Source: Rhizaria sp. SCN 62-66
Lineage: Eukaryota
Length of the DNA: 41,683 nt
Reading direction: 5' to 3'
NCBI GenBank assembly: GCA_001724265.1
Contig: MEDY01000272.1
Span: 1-41,683 of the forward strand
The translations under genes were made by a program, and so were the position numbers. Position 1 is the first letter of the stretch; the number at the start of each line of letters is the position of its first letter. The notes under the pieces were generated by a model. The model was not told the DNA's origin. It did not search any database and worked only from the letters and a program-made list of their open reading frames with translations. Below, one piece after another: positions 19,642 through 29,178 of the stretch.

Positions 19642-20682
19642 ATTGATTGCTTCGTCTTCCGCTGCAAGCTGAGCCACGACTGCCGCGTATGATGGACACA
19701 CGACCTCAACCCGCAGCTCACAAGTCGCCATCGATGGCCCTGCGCTCGCCGTGCTCGCGGTTGAGGAACTGGGGTTGGCACCACCCGTCACAGGCGTCGC
19801 GGTGGCGGCTGCACCAGAAGCAGCACCAGAGGATGCAGAATCACCGGGGGCGGCTTTGATCAGGAAGCGGTAGTGGGCGCCCCGATCGGTGGACGAGCCG
19901 GGGATCTCGACGAAACACGTCGTGGCGTCCGCGTCCGCCGCAACACTCGCGCTCGCTGCACTGGAAGTGACACTGGCAGAGGCGCTAGAAACTGTATCGG
20001 CACCGGCGCTACTGACAGGATTTGTGGCGTGCAGGAGCGGCGCAGGGGCTGCGAACGCGGCGGCGGTGGCGGGGTCGGCCACGGCGGCGGCGAGCTGCTG
20101 CACGGCGGCAACGAGCGCGCGCACGCGGGCCGGGGGCAGCTTGCGCAGCTCCTGCTGCGGCGGCGGGAGGAGCGAGGCCGAGCCGGGCAGCAGAGCGACC
20201 GAGACGCGTCGCAGGTGGTAGAGGCGGCCGGTGGACTTGTTGCGGTGCGCGAAGGGACCGCCCAGGCGCGTCGCCAGGTCGCCGTCGAAGAGGATCTGTG
20301 AGTGCGCAAAGGTCGGCAGAGATAGAAAGCGTGAATGCGCAATGGGAAGCAAGTGCAGCAGAGGCAGTGAGAACAGCAAATGAGTATACAGCGAAGTGAA
20401 ACAAGGCATATTAGAAGAAAATCGATATGAATCAGACGCGTATACACGGGTGATACATGACTAAAGTGGTGATAGTTTCAGGAAACGTACCTGGTCTCCG
20501 CGGAACTCTGCGTTCTTGGTGAGCGAGTAGACGGGCTCCTCCTTAACGTGGCGCAGCGCGTCCTCCAGCTCGTCGCTCGTGTCGCACGCGTAGTCAATCC
20601 ACGCGGTGTCGCTGTCGCCCGGCAGCCGGTACTGCCATTGCACCCACGCAGCAGCGGGCGCCTTCGCGAACGCGTTGCCCAT
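19255..20682 (-). CDS. WWE-domain protein with putative N-myristoylation site; exons 20682-20491 and 20295-19255, 410 aa
   Basis: Spliced N-terminus MGNAFAK..WVQWQY..AWIDYACDTSDELEDAL..Q|ILFD..HRNKSTGRLYHLRRV fits the WWE pattern (W..W.xY..S..[IL]E..N..TG...[VL]RR). The rest is Ala-rich and unrecognised. Confidence 0.7.
20296..20490 (-). other. Spliceosomal intron of the WWE gene (195 nt)
   Basis: CAG|GTACGTTTCC donor, CTCACAG acceptor; removal joins the two halves of the WWE domain. Confidence 0.8.
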
Positions 20683-21177
20683 GCGCTGCGGGGACACCGA
20701 AGGGAGTGGAAAGTGGGAGCCGCGAAAGGAGGGAGATTCGAATTGGGGAACATGTCTCGTGAGAGATCGAAATGTGCGGTTAAGATATAATTTAACAATG
20801 ATGTATTAAACTCGCGCATTTACTTGTTGTGTGAGCGTTAGCAAGATCTGACGAGAGACTGGTGAGATCACGGAAGTTTTTAGTTGCCTCAACATTGCCG
20901 TCAATCTTTGTGCACGCATAATCAATTTTTGTTCACTGTGAGTAACGAACAATCACACTGGCTGAAACACGCTGGATCTTCACATAATGAATCTGTATTG
21001 TGTTGATTTTAGAATATTATACATAAAGCACATCGTAGTCTGCATTTCACTTTTCGCCAGGTCTCGCCCCCGGCCCTTCCACTTCAGCATCGCATCTCGG
21101 CCTCACACAGCAGTGTGATCGCAGTGCCTGCACTGACAGCGCCCTTACAGCGCTATTGCAGTGCCTTAGCGGCGCGC

Positions 21178-23604
21178 TCAGCCGAGCAGAATGTTGACGG
21201 CGGCTTCGACGTGCCCGCCCGTCGCAATCAGCGCCGACAGCACGGCCTCCGAGTCCGTGAACCCCAGCTCCGCGAGCTGACGGATCTGGTCGCGGTACAT
21301 GATCGCGGCGTTCTCCCGCGCCGCGCTGGGCGTCACACCGGGCGCGCCCGCCGCGCCGCCGGCAGCGCCAGCGGCGCCGGCGGCTGCGGGGGGCCGCGCC
21401 ATGTTGGCCATCATCGCAGCGAAGGGGTTGTTGTTGGCGCCAGCACCGGCCGCAGCACCGCCGCCGCCGTTGTTACCGGCGAACATGGCTTGCATCATGG
21501 CGGCCAGCGCGTCGCCGTTGCCAGCAGCAGCACCGGCACCGGCGCCGGCAGCGGGGGCGGCGGCTGCTGGCGCAGCAGCGGCAGCAGGGGCGGCAGCGGC
21601 GGCGGCGGGCGCGGGCGCGGAAGCCATAGCAGACATGAAAGCAAACGGGTCACTCGGATCCGCCGCCGCAGCAGCCGCAGGAGCCGCAGGCGCAGCAGCA
21701 GCAGGAGCAGCAGCAGCAGCAGCAGCAGGAGCGGCAGCGGCGGGGGCAGCGGCGGGGGGGCGGAACATCGCAGCCATCATCTCAGCCATCGGATTGGAGC
21801 CCGCACCTGCCGCGTCAGCGCCGTTGTTGCTATTGCCGGCCATCGCAGCCATCATCGCACTCATGAAGTCCGCGCCACCCGCGCCCGCGCCAGCAGCAGG
21901 GGCCGCGCCAGCGGGCACAGCTCCGGCGGGGTTGGCGGCGGCGGCGGCGGCGGCAGCGGTGCGGACGCCGCGCATGGCCGTCGCGACCTGGCGCTGAGCC
22001 CGGATGAGCTCCGTGAACGCCGCGCGGACGCCCGGGTCGGCCGCGACGGCGGGCCCGCCGTATCCGCGCAGCAGCGGGTGCTGCGCCATGAACGTCTCCT
22101 GCAGCGCTGGGGAGCTCTCGAGCATCGACAGCATCGAATCGAGCATAGGCGAGTCCATCAACGCGGCCAAGTCAGGCTCGCCACCAAGACCGCCCATGCC
22201 ACCGCCCATGCCACCACCCATGCCGCCGAAGCCATTGCCGCCCATGCCGCCGAAGAGGTTCGCGAACGGATTGGCGCCCGCCGCGCCCGCGCCAGCGCCA
22301 GCGCCAGAGGAGCCGGCGTTGGCGTTGCCGAGATTGGCGAACAGGTTCGCGAACGGGTTCGCAGCGCCAGCGGCGCCGCCAGTGGAGCCAGCCGCGCCAG
22401 CAGCGCCGGAGCCGTTGAGACTGGCCATCATGGCGGCGAAAGGATTGGCCGCCGCGCCCGCGCCCGCCGCGCCAGCGCCCGCGCCCGCCGCGCCAGCGCC
22501 AGCGCCGGCGGAGGCAGGGGTGCCCCAGGGGTTGGGGACTGCGGCCTCGCCGCCGGAGCCCGCCGCGCCCGCAGTCCCAGTGGCACCAGGGGTACTCGCG
22601 GCAGCGCCGCTGGCGTTGGAGACGGGGTTGCCGGCCGAGTCGCTGGCGCCGAACATGGCGTCCATCATGGGCTGCTGGATGCCCGTGTACGCGTTCTGTA
22701 GCGCGTTATACCCAGCCGCGGACGACGACAGGTTCGACATGGCCTGGTCCTGCTGGCGGGTAATCTCCCGCATCATCGCGGGGTCACGCATCGCGCGCAT
22801 CGACATCCGCAGCATCTCGGGGTCGGCCAGCGCGGCGCGGACGCTGGGGTTCTGCTCGATGACGTCGCGCATCGCCGGGTTGGTCGCGGAGAGCATGTTG
22901 AGCATCATGTCCGGGTTTTGCGCGAGGGAATCGGTCATCTGGTCCATCATCTGGCGCATCATCGGGTTCTGCATCATTTGTTCCATCGTCGCGGCGTCTG
23001 GCATCGGCATGCCGCCGAAGCCGGCGCCCGCGCCGCCAGCGCCACCAGCACCGAAAAGAGAGGCGAAGGGGTTCGCAGAGCCAGCAGCAGCAGCGCCAGC
23101 GGCAGGCGCTGCACCAGCAGCAGGGGCAGCGGCGGGGGCGGCGGGGGCGGCGGCGGAAGGGGCAGCGGCGGCGGCAGAGGGAGCAGCAGCGGGCGCGGGC
23201 GACACGGGGGAAGGCGAGGCCGGCCCGGCGGGAGCGCCGGGCGCGCGGCCGCGGACGAGGTTGATGGTCTGGCCGTCCTGGATGGCGTAGGAAGCAAGGG
23301 AAGCACCGTCCTTAAGAATACGGCCCTTGTAGATCAGACGCTGGTCGGCCGCGGGAACGTCGGCGTGCGCGGCCACAAGTGCCTTAAGGTCGTCCACAGT
23401 CGCGTCGTCGGCCTGGGATGAAAAGTCGCAGTGTGAAAATGATGATTGGAGAGCGTGAGAGAGAGCGGTGCGCGAAAGTGATGTGAGGTTTGAATGGAGA
23501 TGGGGGCAAGGTGGGAAAAGGGGCCGTGGGAGACGTACATCGGGGACGGTGAGGTCGAAGGTCTCACCGGTAGAGCGGCGCACAATGAGCTTAATAGAAG
23601 CCAT
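21178..23604 (-). CDS. DSK2: Ubiquilin/Dsk2 ubiquitin shuttle (UBL-STI1-UBA); exons 23604-23539 and 23412-21178, 766 aa
   Basis: UBL TVDDLKALVA..QRLIYKGRILKDG..LASYAIQDGQTINLVR; Met-rich STI1 region MMQNPMMRQMM..NPAMRDVIEQNP..DPAMMREITR..AGYNALQ; UBA YRDQIRQLAELGFTD..ALIATGGHVEAAVNILL. Confidence 0.95.
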   Translation of the reverse strand: MASIKLIVRRSTGETFDLTVPDVRLPRPLFPPCPHLHSNLTSLSRTALSHALQSSFSHCDFSSQADDATVDDLKALVAAHADVPAADQRLIYKGRILKDGASLASYAIQDGQTINLVRGRAPGAPAGPASPSPVSPAPAAAPSAAAAAPSAAAPAAPAAAPAAGAAPAAGAAAAGSANPFASLFGAGGAGGAGAGFGGMPMPDAATMEQMMQNPMMRQMMDQMTDSLAQNPDMMLNMLSATNPAMRDVIEQNPSVRAALADPEMLRMSMRAMRDPAMMREITRQQDQAMSNLSSSAAGYNALQNAYTGIQQPMMDAMFGASDSAGNPVSNASGAAASTPGATGTAGAAGSGGEAAVPNPWGTPASAGAGAGAAGAGAGAAGAGAAANPFAAMMASLNGSGAAGAAGSTGGAAGAANPFANLFANLGNANAGSSGAGAGAGAAGANPFANLFGGMGGNGFGGMGGGMGGGMGGLGGEPDLAALMDSPMLDSMLSMLESSPALQETFMAQHPLLRGYGGPAVAADPGVRAAFTELIRAQRQVATAMRGVRTAAAAAAAANPAGAVPAGAAPAAGAGAGGADFMSAMMAAMAGNSNNGADAAGAGSNPMAEMMAAMFRPPAAAPAAAAPAAAAAAAPAAAAPAAPAAAAAADPSDPFAFMSAMASAPAPAAAAAAPAAAAAPAAAAPAAGAGAGAAAGNGDALAAMMQAMFAGNNGGGGAAAGAGANNNPFAAMMANMARPPAAAGAAGAAGGAAGAPGVTPSAARENAAIMYRDQIRQLAELGFTDSEAVLSALIATGGHVEAAVNILLG
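23413..23538 (-). other. Spliceosomal intron of Dsk2 (126 nt, phase 0, stop-free)
   Basis: Donor GTACGTCTCC, pyrimidine-rich body, CCCAG acceptor; removal restores a contiguous UBL domain. Confidence 0.85.
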
Positions 23605-24876
23605 CCGCACTGTCGGTTACAAGAAGAGTTGGAGGAACAAAAGCAAGGGTGAGTCAGGGAATCAAGGCGAGGGTCTGGAACATCAATGCAACAACAAATC
23701 TTGCGCCGAGACAGGGATAAACGCGTCTTCGCGAGACAAAAAAAATGATAAATTTGTACAAAGAAACGTCTGCATATCTAATCTGTGGTTTGCAGAGCAT
23801 TATATGGTGCGTGCACAGCTCCTATGACCCTTTGTTGAAGACCGATGATGATGAGTCGGCGGCGATCTGTTTTTTTCGGCCCCCACCACAAAACCAGTCT
23901 TCGATGTTTCGATCATATAAACGCATCATACTCCGCTCATGGCGGGCTATTGGCTGTACTTTTGCTGTTACATTCTTATTTCAAGTATTTTCCTAAAACG
24001 GTGCGCCTGTATGCTCTGCATATGTCGTCACTTATCACTGCTATTGCTCCGAGAGCCCCGGGAGTACTCAGCGAGTGCAGCAAGAGCAAGAGTTGAGGAG
24101 GGCAACTGCCGACAGGCTTGATCTGCTCGACTCCGGTCTTGCCTGGATGGCCCTCAGTGACTATTGGCGGTGCCGCTGCTTATGCTAACCCTGTTGCTGG
24201 ACAGCTCCTGCTGTTGCTGCTGCTGCTGCTGTTGCTGCTGTTGCTGCGGCTGATGCTCTTGATGGCGCTGTGCCGCCGCCGCTGCTGCTACCGCTGCCGT
24301 TGTGCCTTCCGTTGTTGATGTTGACAATGATGCTGGCACCGCTGCTCACGAGGCAAGTCAAGATTGGACAGCGTAGCTTCACAGTATACTACGTAGCAGT
24401 TAGCTCAACTGCTGCGGAATATTAAGTTTCATAATTCGATGGATATGCAAAGGACCTCAGTCTTTTATGATAAATACCGTTTGGTATGATGAATAAATTG
24501 CGTAGTTGTATACTATAGTAGAGTTTGAGCTCCACATCTATCAGCTCTGCCCGCGAGATCGTGTTTGTACGTAAACACCACAAGCACACTTCAAGCTGAG
24601 TCATCTAATAGATCATGCCCCACAGTCTCACAAACACCGTAAAACGTAAATGTGGCGACGTATTTAAACGTTAACGTGTATTTTATATCTATTGCTTAAA
24701 TTGCATTTCTTACGCTCTCGTTCACAACTCACTGACGCTTCTTTCCTTCGTCTCTCCGCTCACCCCCAACGCTTCGACCTCCCTCGCCTTTCCCCAGCAC
24801 TCTCACCGCATCAAATTGCAGAACTGAACGCGACTGCTAGCTATTTAATAGAAGTCTTGCGCAAATACCCCCCACA

Positions 24877-25848
24877 ATGAGCAGTCATCTCCAATCCGGG
24901 TACGTGTCAACAATCAGCGGCACTCCTCAGTTCCCGCATCCACTTCTTCCCTCTCTCACACCTCCATGTTCATGTTTGCCTTGTGTCCGCCCTTCTTCGT
25001 TTTGTCCCTTTCTGTACAGGTCATGGGAGGACTTATCGACGTCGTTTCGCTCCTTGGAGGGCCGCGTGCACTCGCAACTGAGCGAATTCCACCACTTCGC
25101 CCAGGCCGCCCAACGCGCCGCTTCAGGCTCCCTCATGTCCTCCCCTTCCACTCAGACTGCGTCCGGGGCCAGCAACAGCGGTGCGGTGACGGCTGCGCTC
25201 GCCGCCGCCTCGGCCGCGACGGCCGGGTTGACTGCGGACGCCACGGACCTCCCGCGGTGGGAGTCCCAGCTCGCCACCCGCGACAACGACATCGGTGCTC
25301 TCTTAGCGCAAGCAAACTCGCTCCTCTCCGCCATGGGCACGCTCACCGCGCAATCGGCCGCCGACGCGGGCGCCCCGGCCTCAGGCGCCGCAGGGTAGCG
25401 GCAGCGGCAGTTTCTCTCCCGTTTCCGCGGCGTTGCCGAAGAGCTCGCGCTTGATCACCGCAAAACGCGCGACTCGGCGCGCGCCGCCGTGGCGCGCATG
25501 CGGCTCTTCGCCGATTACGCCGAGTCCGACGCCGAGATAGGCGGCGTGGCGTCCGGGGCCGGCGCGGACTCGGCGCTGCTGGCCAAGGAGCGCGCGTCGG
25601 TGCAGTCCGCGCTGGCGGGGCTCGGGGACGCTATCGGGGCCGCCGAGTCGTCGTACGCGTCGTTGGTTCGCCAGCGCGGCGTGTTCGCGGCCATCCGCGG
25701 CAAGCTGGGGGAGCTCGCGGAGAAGCTGCCCGCGGTCAACGGCGTGATTGAGAGGATTCGCAGGCATGAGCAGAGGGATACGCTGGTGCTGGCTGTTGTG
25801 ATTGCGCTGTGTATGTTTATTTCGTTCGTGTATATCATGAACAAGTGA
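24877..25848 (+). CDS. GOS1: Golgi Qb-SNARE Gos1/GOSR1; exons 24877-24899 and 25020-25848; contains an in-frame TAG at 25396-25398
   Basis: N-terminal SWEDLSTSFRSLEGRVHSQLSEF and C-terminal KERASV..QRGVFAAIRGKL..LPAVNGVIERIRRHEQRDTLVLAVVIALCMFISFVY match the GOSR1 pattern (WEDLR..LE.. and QRG..PAVN.LI.RI...RD + tail anchor). Both halves are in one frame. Confidence 0.9.
24900..25019 (+). other. Spliceosomal intron of Gos1 (120 nt, stop-free)
   Basis: Donor GTACGT, pyrimidine-rich body, TGTACAG acceptor; removal places SWEDL near the N-terminus as in the family. Confidence 0.85.
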
Positions 25849-27407
25849 ATAAGCTGCTACAATGTATATCATAAACAAGTGGATTGGCTTCTGTGACTGA
25901 GTGGTTTTTTATAGAATATCACATGAAGAAGTGAGATAGGAAATGAGGCTCTGCATGTCTGATAGTCTATATTGACTTTTGTGTGAGATGTGGTCTGTGT
26001 CAGGTTATCATCGCTCTTTTGCGTGTTTAAGAATGTTCTAAAATGGCCGCCTGTGTACGTTACTTAGATTATAGAGGCCACCACGATGCCGTGGAGTTTG
26101 TTGCGATCCTGTGCAACGGCAAGGGCACGCAGGAGAACCCCGTCATCGAGTGATCTGCCTGATGGTGGGGTTGCTCCACCGAAGCTAAGTATAGGTCGTT
26201 CGTGAATGTCACGAATACGCTTTAGCTCTACGGGACTAACGCGCTCGCGTGCCGACCCGCATCCCTTCGTCGCGTGATTCATGAAATCGCACATCATGGA
26301 TACGTATGCACGTAGCGCATTCGAAACTGCATAGGGTCTCGGTTTACTTGCACGCCATTTTAATGAGCTGGCCAATACACAATCACCACTTGGTTTTTCA
26401 CTGCTGTCCAACACTAACACATGATTCAGTTTTCTTGGTAAGCCCATTCACTGGCCCGACGACAAAACACATTTCGAAATACCGGATGAAGTTCTTTATG
26501 ACAGGTTCTCTTTTCTCTCTCATTTCCAGTTTCCTGCGATCGATAAAATTCAAGGGCGAAAGAGAAAAACTGTATGCATGAGTGACTCAAATAACGACTA
26601 GTGGTGACATTGGGACAACAAGGTTTTCTGCAAGATAACGGGACCCTTTTAGTATAAAAGCAATGTATTTAAGAATGTTAATTGTGAATATATAATCTGA
26701 CAAAATTATTTACGTCAGTAAAGACAATACAGTTTCACTTTTCAAGATTATCTGTCTTCGACTTTACTGCCACGCACACGAAAAATGGTTGTTTTGTTTA
26801 TTGGTGTTTGTTTTAACATTTGCGTTTGTTTGAATAGTAATATATAAAATAGTTTAATAGTTTGCTGTTTTTGTGCGGCGCGCGCGCGCATCTCAGCGGC
26901 TGTGTTCCGGGGGCGGTGCTTAAGCTATTGTAACACTGTCAAAACCATGGTTTTAACATACATGTTTTGATGCGACACGTATGATAAAATGTCTGATATG
27001 AATTGAGCCCCACCCCCGACTGAGCAATCGCACACGCGCCTCTTAGACCTCTTTCTAAGACAACACTTCCATTCCTTCTCAGCTCTCTGCCTGCCTCCAC
27101 AGCCTCTCTCTGTGCATTCTGCGGCGTCAAATTGACACTGCTGAACTGCTGCTGACGGCCTGCGATGCGTACTATGCATTGCATTCAGCAGCATTGCACT
27201 GTGTCGTGCACTGCGCGTAACCACGGGACACACATACGGCCGTGAGATCTGACCGCAGCGCCACGCCGCACAGCGCAAAACATCAGGCAACACCAATGAC
27301 ACAGACAACAGGATACGCCGCCAAAGAACCAGAGGACGATCTGCCTCCTTTTTGTTCTCTTCCCTTCCACAGCCCGCCTAGTCCACACAGTGCGTTTAGA
27401 GCGGCGC

Positions 27408-28041
27408 TTACTGGCTGGTCGTACGGCGGTTGCGGAAGCGCTCGGCGCGACGGCGCTTCTTCAGCTTGTGCTTGTTCATCTTGGACTTGCGCTTGCGGAG
27501 CACCGACGTGAACGACATCTCGTCAAACGCGTCCGCGGCGTCGCCATCAATGGAGAGCACGGGGGAGCCCGCAGCAAGGGCGGCCTCGACCGCGCCGTCC
27601 ACGGCAGCGGCGTCAACCGACACGCTCATAGCGTTCACGGCCTCGGCGGCGCTGTCAAGCTTGCCATCAAGCTCGAGCTCAAAGGCGGGGAGGCAGGTCT
27701 CGACGGCGAGCAGTGCGCCGGCGTAGGGCACGAGGGTCTTGGATGCGCGCTCGGCGGCGACGGCGGCCTGGGCGTCGTGCATGGCGACGGCGTCGGCGAC
27801 GGCGTCGAGGAGAGCGTTGAACTCGCGGTTAGACGGCACGGCGGAGGAGACGGCGACGAGGGACGAGTGCAGGGGCGAGTGCTGGTGCTGAGAGGAGAAG
27901 GTGTAGAGAGGGGAGAGCTGCGGCATGCGGTGGAAGAGCGCAGGGGCAGCGGGGGACACGGCCGGCAGCGACGACGAAGCTACAAGGCAGCGGGAAACAA
28001 AGTCGGAACGAGGAAGACAACATGCACGTCAAGAAACAAAG

Positions 28042-28091
<50 letters not shown>

Positions 28092-28291
28092 CAAAGTGAG
28101 TTTGGCGCTCAAATAGAGAGAAACAAGTCACATTCGTCGAAAGATAAGAGAGACACAGAAAGAGAGACATAGAGACAAAAGAGCAAGTGAGAGAGTCACG
28201 ACGTACCAGCAGCGGGGGCCGAGTGGAAAGCGCGGGCGGCAACCTTGACGGCGCCCGACGCAGTGGAGCGGAGACCAAGCCGGGAAAGCAT
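27408..28291 (-). CDS. Mitochondrial small ribosomal subunit protein mS38 (Cox24/AURKAIP1, DUF1713); exons 28291-28207 and 27979-27408, 218 aa
   Basis: C-terminal SVLRKRKSKMNKHKLKKRRRAERFR is the DUF1713 motif. Exon 1 (absent from the ORF track) encodes a presequence-like MLSRLGLRSTASGAVKVAARAFHSAPAA and splices in frame. Confidence 0.85.
27980..28206 (-). other. Spliceosomal intron of mS38 (227 nt)
   Basis: CTG|GTACGT donor, CT-rich body, TTGTAG acceptor, frame-compatible. Confidence 0.85.
28045..28089. repeat. (GA)22 microsatellite inside the mS38 intron
   Basis: Perfect GA dinucleotide run read directly. Confidence 0.95.
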
Positions 28292-29178
28292 GGCGCTCTA
28301 CACTCAGTCAGCACGGCGCGCGAGCGAAAGAAGAAAGAAAAATAGGGAGCAAGCAGGGGGCAAAGTGGGAAGGTGAGTGAGTGAGAGAGGTCTGGAGGCA
28401 GTTGACACGCCTGTCATGATGGCCGCGATATGTAGCGTAAAAACTGCACGGGCGACGCAGGGATATTAAGATCTAAAAATATAAGAGAGCTTCTATAGCA
28501 TGTTATCACCCTTTCGCTATTTGTCGGAGTTAGGATCCCCTTTTCATGCGACTCAATCTGCCCCGCAGACCGACTGTGTGAGAGTGTGCTCTCGCGGTGG
28601 TCGCGAGAATTGCGGGCATTTTTCGGCCCACCGACGGTCGGCCTGCCGGTCACAGGCAGACTCGTTCGCGCCCTGCCTCGGGACCAACTCAAGGTTGCTA
28701 ACGGGCGTCTTTAGGTCTGTTCCAATAGGACTAAGACACAGGAGCTATATTATTTGCGCAAAATTTGTTTTAATTTTATTGCTGCACGCGAGGATTGCTG
28801 CTGATATCTGTCCGTGTGATGCTGATTCTTCACTGATGAAAGACCGTGCCGAAGCAGTCGCTGCGCTACCTCATTCATCTCATGCAGCAGCATATAACAG
28901 CGCTGGATAGGGATAAGCTCCGCTCTATCTGAACTATTCGTTTCGAAAGTTTTCTTCCGCACTGCGATCGCGCTAGTTCGGACTTATTATTGCCTCTATT
29001 ATCCCATTCTTCGCTCACCCATGTCACTCCACCCTGGTTTTTCTTCGTGCCCTTCCGCTGTCCGGTCCCCTCAGAACCTTTCTTTCTCACTTCTTCTCTG
29101 AACCTCTCTGCAGCACACACTACACGTTTACACACACGTAAGCCCCCCGCGCGGCTCTCGTAACAAACCCTCCGCCCC

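Noticed and set aside
25390-25410. Micro-intron that would remove the Gos1 TAG
   Set aside because: GT..AG options are 10 or 16 nt and shift the frame. A frame-preserving 15- or 21-nt option needs a GC donor unlike GTACGY and is far below the 120-227 nt introns seen here.
26043-26600. Possible decayed gene with HEIAH (HExxH-like) motif and a 127-aa minus-strand ORF
   Set aside because: The frame has several TGA/TAG stops; a five-residue motif can occur by chance and there is no other protease context.
28833-28932. CTGATGA..GAAG hammerhead-like core, or C/D box snoRNA (TGATGA..CTGA)
   Set aside because: Lacks GAAA and stem II pairing; no convincing terminal stem or recognisable rRNA guide.
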